Source: Chiloscyllium plagiosum
Lineage: Eukaryota
Assembly: GCF_004010195.1 (NCBI RefSeq)
Contig: NC_057718.1
Span: forward strand, 43,656,280-43,720,279
DNA length: 64,000 nucleotides
Direction: 5' to 3'
In this document: positions 52,161 to 64,000 of the stretch, one piece after another
Numbering within the stretch: position 1 is the stretch's first letter
Layout of the letters: each line of letters starts with the position of its first letter
Notes under the pieces: model-generated
The model's database searches: none
What the model was told of the DNA's origin: nothing
What the model saw: the letters and a program-made list of their open reading frames with translations, nothing else
Made by a program: the position numbers and the translations under genes

Positions 52161-53483
52161 ACTTTCCCAATACACAAGCCAAAATTCATTCAGTAACTAA
52201 TATCACTCACAACAGATTAAACTGATTGTTCTGCTCATTTATTTTTTATAACTTCTGTTCACAACTTCTGTGATATGTTTCTTTACATAAGAACAGTAAT
52301 CTCACTAAATAAAATGTTGAATATATTGACTATTAAGCACCTTATTTTGAAAACCTGTGACATGCACTGTGCATCTTTTTAGAGGATAACTTAAAGGTGG
52401 AATCTGCCTGATGTGAGATACTGGGCATGAGTTACCTTTGCCAGAGCAAATGTCAAGGGTAATGTAGGTGCCAACTTACCGTGGGATGAAGTCATAAATG
52501 AGTTTTCCAGAGATGACCATTTTGATGGGCAAGTACAGTGAATTGGTTGGTGTATTGGCAGCCGTCAGAAAGGCTGAGCTCAATCCCAAGCAGGAGAGAA
52601 AATTTCAGCTACAACTTCGCACAGGGCTATGGTCAGAGCCTGCAGCTCATCCTTCCCAGCTTGAGGAATTGTTTGATTCCTTTGGATCATTTGTGGCTTC
52701 AACTATGGTGTAATAACTGATGTTTAAGTATCAGATTCCTGTGCAACATAAGCAATGTTTGAGTACTGCAAAGAATGCTTAGACTGTTTACAGGCAAACT
52801 CAGCTTGTTGTCATACCAGCTTGTACGGCTGCCATTATTCTGTGTTTGCAGAGCCAAACGATATCAGCTAATGGCTGGTTACAGTGCTGGCACCAGTTCT
52901 CCTTTCCAAACTGGATGAAAGGCCTCTTGGTTAAACATAAGGATGGGCCACTAATGAGGCTTAACAAGAAGAGATATGTGTCTTCAGAGATTGTCATATG
53001 TCTCAGATGCAATATGAATAACTATCAAACTAAATGTAATAAATTTATTCATAATAATGAATATTGAGCTTAACTTCTGCCATAGACTTCATATGGTTAT
53101 CTAGCCACATAGACTCAGTAACTTTGACTGATACCAGCAAGAAAGGTTAATGATAGTGAATCTACCCAAAGTTACTCAGCTTCACCATTATAAGTATGAC
53201 GATGCTCTTCCTTTAACAAGGTTGTGGTGTCCTTAGCTTTTTTTTCGGAGAGGTTGTAAAAGACATAGGCTCTGAAAAGTCTAAGTTGAAGGGCTTTGGG
53301 GCCTGTTTGATAACGAATGATACTGCTTCAGGCAACAGACTTTCAAGTTTTTGAAAAGAAATCTTGTACAATGAAAGGGGAGTGGCTAGTTCTTGCAGCT
53401 CAGCTTTTCTCTTCTTTGGTTTGGTTTTTAGCAGGTAGTGTTGTGAAGCTACCGGACCTAACAAAGCAGGTCCTTGCTGGTGC

Positions 53484-53795
53484 TAGATTAGATTACCTAG
53501 TGTGGAAACAGGCCCTTCCTCCCAACAAGTCCACACCGACCCTCCGAAGAGCAATCCACCCCAGACCCTTTCCCCTACCTGATCCACCTAACACCACGGG
53601 CAATTTAGAATGGCCAATTCACCTAACTTGCACATCTTTGGACTGTGGGAGGAAACCAGAGCACCCGGAGTAAACCCACGCAGACACGGGGAGAATGTGC
53701 AAACTCCACACGGACAGTTGCCTGAAGCAGGAATTGAACCCGGGTCCCTGGCACTGTGAGGCAGCATTGCTAACCACTGAGCCACCGTGTTGCCC
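53484..53795 (-). mobile_element. HE1-type V-SINE, full length
   Basis: Minus strand GGGCAACACGGTGGCTCAGTGGTTAGC..GGTTCAATTCC..V-core..(AATCT)n tail. Confidence 0.93.
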
Positions 53796-53805
53796 TAAAG
53801 GTGGC

Positions 53806-53878
53806 TGCCCGAGCGGGGACTCGAACCCTGGACCCTCAGATTAAGAGTCTGATGCTCTACCGACTGTGCTACCCGGGC
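53806..53878 (-). tRNA. tRNA-Lys(CTT) gene or pseudogene with a Lys(TTT)-type body
   Basis: GCCCGGGTAGCACAGTCGGTAGAGCATCAGACTCTTAATCTGAGGGTCCAGGGTTCGAGTCCCCGCTCGGGCA: 73 nt, 7-bp acceptor stem, TCAGA/TCTGA anticodon stem, loop CTCTTAA; A12:A23 and A50:C64 mismatches. Confidence 0.88.
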
Positions 53879-53974
53879 TCACTCATTTTTATGTCATTTT
53901 AAATATTTTTCTTCAACAGTAGAAAGATTATTTTGAACCATTTAGAAGTTTAACAACTTTAATTAAAATAGCAT

Positions 53975-55400
53975 CATAGGGTTTTATAGTGCAGAAGGAG
54001 GCCATTCAACCCATCATTACTGTACTGTCTCCCAGCTCTTTTTCCAGCCTTATCTCCATCGTTCTCTAAATTTATCACTTTCAAATATATTTCCAGCTCT
54101 ATTTTGAAACCTGCAATGGAATCCACTTCAATCATTCTCCCAGGCAGCGCATCCCAAATTCTATCAACTCTTTGTGTAAAGACATTTCTCCTTATCTCAC
54201 ACCCAGCTCTCTTGCTGACAGTTTTGAAATTATGATCCCAGTTACTGGCATACTAACTAGTGGTAACTGAATATCCTTCTTTACCCTGTCAAAAATGCTT
54301 ATACGTTTGAACACCTCAATAAGGTCACTTCTTGATCTTCCCTGCTTCAAGGAGAATAAACCCAATTTCTCTCATCTCTCCCTATATCCAAAACCCTTCA
54401 TTCCTGATAACATTGTAGTCAATCTCCTCTACACTCTGTTAAGGCGTTTAACATCCTTCCTTAAAAATGGTGCCCAGAACTGATCACAATTCTCGAAATA
54501 TGGTCTGACCACTGATTTGTAGAGATGTAGCATCATTTGCTTTTATACTCTATGCTTCTATTTATAAACCCAAGAATCCTATAAGCCTTCTTAATAACTG
54601 TTTGCCTGACCACCTTTGGAGAATTTTGCATTTGAATTCTGATGTCCCTCTGTTCCTATACTGTACTCCGCTCAAAGTTTTACCATTGAACCTGTATTGT
54701 TGCTGTGTTTCTTCTACCAAAATGCTTCAGCTCACATTTCTCCATATTGAGATTCATCTGCCAGCTGCCTGCCCAGTTGGCCAACTTATCAATGTCTTTC
54801 TGAAGTTGCTCAGCATTATCCTCATAATCCACTGTTCTCCCTATCATCTGCAAACATATATTTTTTTGTTTTCAACAACCATCTCAAATTGTGTCTATGA
54901 ACCAGAAATAGCAACAGTGCCAACACCAATCCCAAGGGAACACCACTTTCAACTCATCTTCAGTCTGAGAAATGCCCATTGAGACCTACCCTTTGTTTTC
55001 TATCTTTAAGCCACTTCATGCTACGTAGGATCTACCAATACCAAACATTTCTAATTTACTAACCAACCTGCCTAGTAGCACCATATGAAATGCTTTCTGA
55101 AAGTCCAAATAAACAATAGCCATAGCACTACCCTCACTCGCTGCCTGTGTCACCTTGTCAAAGATCTCAAATAAATTTGTCAGACATGACCTGCCCTTGA
55201 TAAAGCCATGAAGACTGTCTGGTATTAACTTATTTTTCTCTAAGTATATAATGATCTTATCCTATGTTATGCCATCCATCAGTTTTTCTACTACTGACTT
55301 CAAACTAACAAGAGTGTAGTTTCCTTTGCTCCTTTCTTAAACAATGGTGTCACATTTACAATTGTCCAGTTCCCTAGAACTAATCCTCTGTTCAGAGAGA
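53975..55400 (-). mobile_element. CR1 ORF2 fragment and 3' end
   Basis: gaaggaggccattcaacccatc (3' UTR, reverse complement); gaaatgctttctgaaagtccaaata (YLDFQKAF on the minus strand). Confidence 0.85.
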
Positions 55401-55535
55401 AAATAAATCAATTTCTGATAATGAAAATAAGATGCAAGTTTAAAATCTATGCTAGAGCAACAATAATTCTTAACAATAAAGAATTATTAAATAATCTTTA
55501 TTATCCAGTAATACATTATTACAATATTTTTAAAA

Positions 55536-56500
55536 TAAGGTGCCACATTGGAGGCTGCTGAGCAAGGTGAGGGCCCATGGTGCTCGAGGTGAGCTACTGG
55601 TATGGATTGAGGATTGGCTGTCTGACAGAAGGCAGAGAGTTGGGATAAAAGGTTATTTTTCGGAATGGCAGCCGGTGACAAGCGGTGTCCCGCAGGGTTC
55701 AGTGTTGGGACCGCAGCTGTTCACATTATATATTAATGATCTGGATGAAGGGACTGGGGGCATTCTAGCGAAGTTTGCCGATGATACAAAGTTAGGTGGA
55801 CAGGCAGGTAGTACTGAGGAAGTGAGGAGGCTGCAGAAGGATCTAGACAGTTTAGGAGAGTGGTCCCGGAAATGGTTGATGGAATTCAATATGAGCAAAT
55901 GCGAGGTCTTGCACTTTGGGAAAAAGAATAGAAGCATAGATTACTTTCTAAACGGTGAGAAAATTCGTAAAGCCAAAGTACANNNNNNNNNNNNNNNNNN
56001 NNNNNNNNNNNNNNNNNNNNNNNNNNNNNNNNNNNNNNNNNNNNNNNNNNNNNNNNNNNNNNNNNNNNNNNNNNNNNNNNNNNNNNNNNNNNNNNNNNNN
56101 NNNNNNNNNNNNNNNNNNNNNNNNNNNNNNNNNNNNNNNNNNNNNNNNNNNNNNNNNNNNNNNNNNNNNNNNNNNNNNNNNNNNNNNNNNNNNNNNNNNN
56201 NNNNNNNNNNNNNNNNNNNNNNNNNNNNNNAATTCAGAACAGAAATGCGGAGATATTTCTTCAGCCAGAGAGTGGTGGGCCTGTGGAATTCATTGCCGCA
56301 GAGTGCAGTGGAGGCCGGGATGCTAAATGTCTTCAAGGCAGAAATTTATAAATTCTTGATGTCACAAGGAATTAAGGGCTACGGGGAGAATGCGGGTAAG
56401 TGGAGTTGAAATGCCCATCAGCCATGATTGAATGGTGGAGTGGACTCGATGGGCCGAATGGCCTTACTTCCGCTCCTATGTCTTATGGTCTTATGGTCTT
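55536..56500 (+). mobile_element. Young CR1 RT and 3' end spanning an assembly gap
   Basis: Open RT: SGVPQGSVLGPQLFTLYINDLD..KFADDTKLGG..FFSQRVVGLWNSLP; (TCTTATGG)n tail. Confidence 0.95.
55983..56230. other. Assembly gap (248 N)
   Basis: Run of N. Confidence 1.
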
Positions 56501-56779
56501 AAAATATTAGTGAAGACAACATTTAATACATTCAAAGTGATTGCACAATTCAAAATACTGAACAATGAAACCAGCTGCATTTATGATTTATAAAAAAAGT
56601 CCTGCAACAGTTTTCAAGTAAATCCTTTAAATATGTAAAAACAATTACAATGGAGAAAGTTATTATATCTTCAAACAGATTTACAGTAACAAATGGTTCA
56701 GACAAGGAATTGAACTTGACTGAATGGAAGAGAAATTTATGTGATATATAATTGCTTCAAGGTTACAGAAGAAGTGGGG

Positions 56780-57000
56780 CCATGGTGAGACAACTCCTGG
56801 AATATTACGTACAGTTTTGGTCTCCTTCTCTGAGGAAGGATGTAATGGCTATGGAGACAGTACAGCGAAGGTTTAGTAGACTGATTTCTGTGATGGCAGG
56901 ACTTGCATATAAGGAGAGATTTGGACTGGTTAGGACAATATTAATGGGAGTTTAGAAGGAATGAGGGTAATCTCACCAAAACCTATAAAATTCTGAAAAC
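56780..57000 (+). mobile_element. CR1 RT fragment
   Basis: VRQLLEYYVQFWSPSLRKDVMAMETVQRRF in ORF 56752..56955. Confidence 0.85.
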
Positions 57001-57259
57001 ATGCAAAGATTATTGATAAAGTTGTCAACATGTTTTCTCTGAAACTGTATTCTTAAGTTAACTTTGTTTTCTCTTTTATTAATGTAAGGTAATTTACAAA
57101 TGTGTTTACAAGATTGTTGAAGTTGACTGTTTTTTTTTGAAATATGATCTTCTATCAGACCTATAAAAGAAAGAAGTGCATTCACTAGTGCTTCTCTATA
57201 CTGAAAACATAGAAATCATAGTGGATATAAACCTAACCAGTCCAGTTGTGTTTGCATGA

Positions 57260-57820
57260 AGGGCTGCACAATTGCCATTTGCCTTCTTCATTGCCTCCTT
57301 TATCTGCAAGATTATTTAAGTGGTTGGTGTCCAAGGAGACCCATGTTTCATTCTCGATCTATCCCCATTAGATAATAATCTACCTGCCTGTTTTTGCTAC
57401 TAAAGTGGATACCTTCACATTTCTCCACAATATACTTGATCTGTCATGAATTTATCCATCCACTCACTCGACTTATCCAAATCATGCTGAAACATCTCTG
57501 CATCCTCCTTACAGCTAAGCTTGCATTCCCACCAAGCTTTGTGCCTTCTGCAAACCTGGAGATATTGCATTTAATTCCCTCATTTAAATAATTAATGTAA
57601 ATTGTGAATAGTTGAGATCCAAGCTCAAATCCATGTTTTACGTCATTGGTCACTGGCTGCAACTCAGATAATAACCTGCTTGTTTATATTCTTTGTTTTA
57701 TGAGTGCCAATCAGTTCTTTATCTATGTTAGTATACTACCCACAATCCCATGCACTTTAATTTCACATGCTAGACGCTTATGTAGGACCTTATCAAAAGC
57801 CATCCAAGTAAACTACATTT
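57260..57820 (-). mobile_element. CR1 RT fragment
   Basis: LFTIYINYLNEGIKCNISRFAEGTKLGG in ORF 57444..57662. Confidence 0.85.
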
Positions 57821-60504
57821 TAGTGGACACAATTATGACCCAGGAAAGGATTAAGAAAACTTATGTGATGTTTCAGCTTAAAATTGTTGTAAATTAGCTA
57901 TGCACAAGCCTCCATGCTAAAATTGCTATGCCTGTCTAAGACAGAGAAAAACTGTAAGGACATTCTGGGGCAATGGGCCAGATTTTCCAATCTGAAGATC
58001 ATTCCTGCAGCAACAAACAATGAAAAATATGATATAGACCCCCTCAGAGGTTCTGAGGCACTAATTACATTGGAAATTAAATTTTAGAGTACCTGACCTC
58101 TGGATCCTCACAACATTGTTCAACTTTGAGTTAGAGTGGGAGACTTGGATAGTTCTAACTCAATTTCTTGAATAGTTATTCAGGAAAAATGAGTGGCATT
58201 AAACATCTGCTGTAACTCTTTGTTAGCTATAAAACTGACCCACTATCAACTCATCACTCATTGTGTGATACCACTCCATGCCATCCCATCCCAATCCACA
58301 TTAAGTCAACCAGAGTTGATCCATTCTAGCCCCTCACCCACTGACCCACCCTCAGCTTCACCCACCTGTCATCCTATGCCCTTTACCCACTTGGAACTCT
58401 ATCAGTTCACCCATTTACTTACCACTCCTTGCATCATCCTCATCCATCCATCTTAACTTCTCACACACTTACACACCTACCTTCTTTCTGTGACTTTTCA
58501 AAGTCCCTTTGGGATATTTATATCCTGGAATAAAGCAGTTACTGCTTTAAGAAGGGGTGTTATTTAGCTTTCAATCCCGTCCAGTTTTGTGATGTGAGGT
58601 TCCCAGACCAGGTACACTCTGTGTTTCTTAAGGAACCCAATTTGAAGATCCAGGCCAGAAATGGTGAAAAATGAAAAAGGCTGAAGTGGCAATGTGATGA
58701 TGGTGTGGTGCATGTTTCTCTCTTTTTATTTTGCTTTCAGATCAAACTAGAATCTTAGGCTCAGTTTTGAATCTGAAAGACTAGAATCAATAATAACTGC
58801 AAGGAGGGAAAACATTGTGCAATTTAACAGCGAGAGCTGATTTCAATGTTCCGATTCCATCTCCTGGCAGCAGCCAGAAGTTGGCTGGCAGTTGTGCATG
58901 TAATCAGGCACAGAGTTGAATGCAGTAGAGTTGAGATGGGCAGAGAATGCAGAAATTAGATGTCATGCAATTGATTGGTAGGAAAGAAGGCAACAGGGAA
59001 TTTGAAGTGAGACATTGGCAGGAAGTTGGATATTGGCAGTCAGGGAAAGAGAAGTTAGACATTGGAGGATGTGTATCCATTGGATATTGGACATTGGTGG
59101 GGTAATCACAGAGAGGAAAACAAGACTGCAGCATGGTTGGAATTAGGCAGGCTTGCTGAGCCAGGTAAAAACACTCCATTCCAAATGCTGTCTAAGCAAT
59201 ATTGGAAAGCACATATGCTGCCGGATTTCCCAACATCTCGGAAACTTGGCCAACCAGTGTAAAAATCAGATGGAGATTTAAATCTTTTTAGTGATGATCC
59301 TACCTCTCCAGAAAAAGTTAGTTGTTCAACCTCCAACATCTCCATTAAAAGTAGAATTGGATGCAGTGGAGTCATGTTCAATTGGAACCTCTCCATTTTG
59401 AAGTTCTAACTTATCTTCCACTCCACCCCTGTCGATTGTGTGAGGTTTATGCTCTGCCCAATTATTTGGTTTGAATCCACTGTGTTACACGCTACTTGTT
59501 TATTCTGTATTGAAACCTTGACTACAGGGAAAGTGCAGAGTTACTTGATAAATTCTAGGAACATTCGATACTTCATAATCATAATAATATTTATATATTC
59601 CTCTTCAGTGTTAATTAGTACCACAAAAATAAGAATGAATTGATCTTCTAACTTTATACATTGCACAGAACATTATTAGTTTGATGAAAAATATTCACCA
59701 TCACTTTACTGGTCATTCAATAATTTTGCCACATGACTGACATTGGTAGAATCCTAAAAACAAATGCAATGCTTTTGACAGACTTTAGGTGAAATTAGAG
59801 AATGACGAATGCATTGTTTCAGGGTTAGAAGCACTTAATTTCTTTATATAAAATATGTTTGAACATTTTCTTGCTCTGTAAACATAATGTTAAACCATTT
59901 TCCACATTGTATAACTGACTCAGCCGGACAGTTATCTCTGATGTAGAGATTGGTAGATTTGTGTCCCATGCCAGCATTTGAACTCCTGGACTGACAAGCA
60001 GCAGTACTGAGTGAATGCTGCCGAACAGTAGAGCAGATATATAGAGGAAGTTGAGACATTACACTGATGTCCTACATGCCTATTCCTGTGTACCAAATGG
60101 ATATCAGGAGATTCAGGAACTATTCAAAGTAGGGTGTATCTGCCAACATTTTTCTGTTAACGAATGCACAGAATAATTGATTAACTAGTCAACGCTACTG
60201 AAATCATAGCAAATCAAAATTAATTCACTATCAGAAGGTGTTTTGAAATATTTTGATGTGATAAAGCACTGGGTAAGTACAAGTTGTTATGATAAGATGT
60301 GGATCATTTTGTCCCTTCCCTGTGTGCTAATGGTACAGCTGGAAACCTATTACATTCTGGGCTTTCCAGAAGCTGTTACGTATTTGTGGCTGAGCATTCC
60401 CGTTCGTGGTAAAATGGTGATGTGGTCAGGCTGGTTTGCTGATGTTGATTTATGTGAATGAAGGATAGAGGTGGATGCTGGTCTTGGAGCGTGCAGATTT
60501 TTTT

Positions 60505-61370
60505 TTCATTCATTCATGGAATCAGAGCATTTATTGCTCATCCCCAATTATCCAAAGAGCAGTTAAGAGTCTACCACATTGCTGCCGGTCTGGAGTCATA
60601 ATGTAGGTTAATCCAGATAAGAATAACTATTTCATTCCCTAAAGGATATTAGTGAACCAGTTGAGTTTTTCCAACAATCAACAACACTTGCATGGTCATC
60701 ATTAGTCTCTTCAATGCAGATTTTTTTATTGAACTCAAATTCCACTGACTGCATTGACAGTATTAGAATCTCAGTGCCCAATTCTGGTCGCCTTCCTATC
60801 GGAACGATGTTGTGAAACTTGAAAGGGTTCAGAAAAGATTTACAGAGTTGCCAGAGTTGGAGGATTTGAGCTAAAGTGAGAGGTTGAATAGGCTAGGGCT
60901 GTTTTCCCTGGAACATTGGAGGCTGAGGGGTAACCTTATAGAGATTGAGAAAATCATGAGGGGCACGGATAGGATAAATAGACAAAGTATTTTCCCTGGG
61001 GTGGGGGAGTCCAGAACGAGAGGTCATAGGTTTAGGCTGGGAGGGGAAAGATATAAAAGGGACTTAAGGGGCAACTTTTTCATGCAGAGGGTGGTACATG
61101 TGTGGAATGAGCTGCCAGAGGAAGTGGTGGATGCTGGAACAATTGCAACATTTAAAAGACATCTGGATGGGTAATTAATAGGAAGGGTTTGGAGGGATAT
61201 GTGCCAGGTGCTGGCAGGTGGGACTAGATTGGGTTGGGATATCTGGTTGGCATGGATGTGTTGGACTGAAAGGTCTGTTTCCATGCTGTACATCTTTATG
61301 ACTCAGTGACCCTAATTTTATCTGGGTCTCTAGATTAATCGTCTAACTATAATAGCACCAGGCCATCACC
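60505..61370 (-). mobile_element. Bipartite SINE interrupted by a CR1
   Basis: agcatttattgctcatccccaatt..gttaagagtc..tagtgaaccag; the head resumes after 61308 (tctgggtctctagattaatcgtcta). Confidence 0.75.
60777..61308 (+). mobile_element. CR1 3' end nested in SINE
   Basis: ORF 60884..61174 (LGLFSLEHWRLRGNLIE..SRTRGH..WNELP); ctcagtg at both flanks (60770-60776, 61302-61308). Confidence 0.92.
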
Positions 61371-61843
61371 TTGCTTGTGCTGGAGACAGAGTTGAATAAG
61401 AAGCCAGAGAACCAAGCAACAAGCTGCTATCACCTGGTAAGCACTTTGGCTTTCCTATCGGGAAATGGTTACATCTAGTTTCTCGAGAAGTGAGAGAAGA
61501 ATTGGAAGTTGCTGAAATGCTGCAAGTTGAACTATTAATAACAAGCAAATACTTCGAAATAAAGTTGTTGCTGCTGCTCATTAGTGGGATTCTGAACTTG
61601 CTGTTTAAACCTTAAGAGAAAATTCAGAATGTTTTTCTTGACAGGGCGATTCTGTTTTCCATTTTCACCTTATTTTCCATTATTGCTCACCATTATGCTT
61701 AGGAAAATGGAAAATCTGCTACCCACGTTGCACTGCACAAAATAAAAAGGCATTTCTGTGTAATAAATATTAATAAAATGGAAAATGTGGTGTAGAGTTC
61801 TCATGCATTAGCTATTTTAATTCGATATTATCGTAAATGAATT

Positions 61844-62122
61844 GTAGAATCATAGAATCCCTGCAGTGCAGAAAGAGACCATTTGGCTCATTGAGTCTGC
61901 ATTGAATTTTTGAAGAGCATCCCATTCAGACCCACCCTGCCATTCCATCCCTGTAACCTTGCATATGGTTTTTACCATGGCTAACCCACCTAACCCTGCA
62001 CATTCGTGGACATCATGGGACAATTTTTAGCATGGCTAATCCACTTAACATGTTCATCTTTGGACTGTGGGAGGAAACCTATACAGACATGGGGAGAACA
62101 TGGCAACTTCACACAGTCACCT
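61844..62122 (-). mobile_element. HE1-type V-SINE fragment
   Basis: catagaatccctgcagtg tail and catctttggactgtgggaggaaacc core. Confidence 0.85.
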
Positions 62123-62504
62123 AACATTGACATTTAGTGTTGATGTTTTGTTTTGGAATGTTGCATTTAACATATTTATTCCTAATTATCCATCTTGATT
62201 ACAATGACCAGAATGGAAAATAGATATAAATTAATTACAAAACTTAAGATATGCAATGTAAAGTGAAAATGTTCTTTATAGACTAATGCTTTGAGTTCAC
62301 TTTATATGGTGTATTATTGTTCGGCACCAGTACTAAATGTTGAGCACATAATATTTGGTATAAGCCATTTCAGTACTAACCTTTAAAAAGCACAACTATC
62401 AGAACCTCTTTCATAAATTGCTTCTTTCCATGTTTAATATCCACAGTTTGTCAAAATTCCCTTGTTTCATAGTAATTAGGACATAATTAATTTAATAAGA
62501 ATAC

Positions 62505-63712
62505 AGTGACGTTTGCGCTACAGTGGTAATATCACTAGATGAGTCATCCAGAAGACCATGCTAATACTGTGGTTCAAATCTCAACATGATAGAATGTGAA
62601 TTCACTTACTTAAATCTGGAATTTATTTCCAATAATGGTGACCAGGAAACTTTTACTCCCTGTGTAAAATTCTATATTTTAGTTCTATCGTTCACTAATA
62701 GACTTTGGGAAAGGAATCAACCATCCTTATCTGGTCTGGTTTGCATTTAGAGTAGTTAGAGTCACAGAGGTTTACAGCATGGGAACAGATCCTTCAGTCC
62801 AACTCAACCATGCTGACCAGATATCCTAAATTAATCTAGTCCTATTTGCCAGCACTTGGCCATATTCCTCTAAACCCTTCCTGTTCATATATTGATCCTT
62901 GTAAATGTTGTAATAATGCCAGCCTCCACCACTTCCTCTGGTAGCTTATTCCGTATATGCACCACCCTCTGCCTGAAAAAGTTGCCCCTTAGGTCCCTTA
63001 TAAATCTTTCCCCTCTCACCCTAAACCTATGCCCTGTAGTTTTGTCACCCCCACCCCAGGAAAAATACCTTGTCTATTTACCCTATCCATGCCCCTCAGG
63101 ATTTTATAAACCTCTAAAAGGTCACCCCTTAGTCCCTGATGCTCCAAGGAAAATAGCCCCAGTCTATTCAGCCTCTCCCTAAAGCTCAAACCCAGCAACC
63201 CTGGCAAGATCCTTGTAAATCTTTTCTGAACCCTTTCAAGTTTCACAACATCCTTCCTATAGGAGGGAGACCAGAATGTTCCAAACGTGGCCTAACCAAG
63301 GTCCTGTACAGCTGCAACATGACCTCCCAACTCCTATAGTCATTGTTCTGTCCAACAAAGGAAAGCACACCAAATGCCTTCTTCACTATCCTATCTACCT
63401 GTGACTCTATTTTCAAGGATCTATGCACCTGCACTCCAAGGTCTCTGTTCAGCAGCACTCCCCAGGACATTACCATTAAGTGTTTAAGTCTTGCCCCGAT
63501 TTGCCTTTCCAAAATGCAGCCACCTCACATTTATCTGAATTAAACTCCATTTGCCAATCCTCAGCCCATTGGCCCATCTGATCAAAACTCCACATCCACC
63601 GTGAAGTAGTTACCTCTTAGTTTTCCTCTCAAATGAAATGGCCTAACAAACTATTCAGTTTAAGAGCAATTTGGTTTAAACAATAAATGCTCCCCTTGCC
63701 ATATTCAATAAG
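62505..63712 (+). mobile_element. Bipartite SINE interrupted by a CR1
   Basis: Head cagtggtaatatcactagatgagtcatccaga..ggttcaaatc; resumes at ~63587 ctccacatccacc..gaaatggcctaac..caataaatgct. Confidence 0.7.
62757..63585 (-). mobile_element. CR1 3' fragment nested in SINE
   Basis: ORFs 63016..63246 and 63243..63512 (LQLYRTLVRPRLE; LERVQKRFTRILPG). Confidence 0.92.
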
Positions 63713-64000
63713 AAGAAAAAGATATTTTATATGTAAATGCTAGTTTAGAATATATTTGCCTTTAGAAATAAAAAAAATCTTAACAACAGACTTCACATTT
63801 TCTGACTGGCAAATCACTACCTCTGGTTTAATTGCAGTCATAGTGGGGCTGGGAAATTAAGCAATGAGCACTTCTGTCCGGTATCTTGTGAAAATACACC
63901 TAAGCTTATTTCCATTTGTGCTGTATGCCTGTGTAATTCACTCCTGCCACTTTTGAATGAAAGTCTCATTAATTATGCATTGCAGATGCAAATGATGGCC

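Noticed and set aside
55540..56409. Longest ORF (289 aa)
   Set aside because: CR1 reverse-transcriptase fragment whose length is inflated by the N gap.
60330..60461. YILGFPEAVTYL..SGWFADVDL, faintly like a laminin G C-terminal motif
   Set aside because: Similarity too weak and lacks the expected exon boundaries of usherin exons 24/25.
1..64000. CRISPR arrays, operons or other prokaryotic systems
   Set aside because: The sequence is vertebrate intronic/repeat DNA; no regularly spaced repeat-spacer structure or dense coding is present.

Overview
AT-rich, repeat-dense vertebrate genomic DNA, almost certainly from a cartilaginous fish (shark), judged from its HE1-type V-SINEs, CR1 LINEs, Deu-type SINEs and Penelope-like elements (PLEs). 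The only host-gene signal is two + strand exons homologous to usherin (USH2A) exons 21 and 22 (13862-14092, 231 nt; 25342-25472, 131 nt), both with intact splice sites. The first carries a compensated -1/+1 frameshift pair, and both show CpG-type substitutions at conserved residues, suggesting a decaying usherin copy or paralog. Other elements: a heavily decayed, intronless CLIP-170 (CLIP1/2)-like coding remnant on the - strand next to an RTE LINE 5' end; a tRNA-Lys with a TTT-type body but CTT anticodon abutting a SINE; three PLE families carrying minimal hammerhead-ribozyme motifs, including a ~0.7 kb unit with a motif in each terminal repeat; a LINE whose 5' end is a tRNA-like SINE head; a fossil PIF/Harbinger element; Gypsy remnants; and a 248-nt assembly gap. 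All homology calls are by eye from remembered reference sequences, and TE boundaries are approximate.
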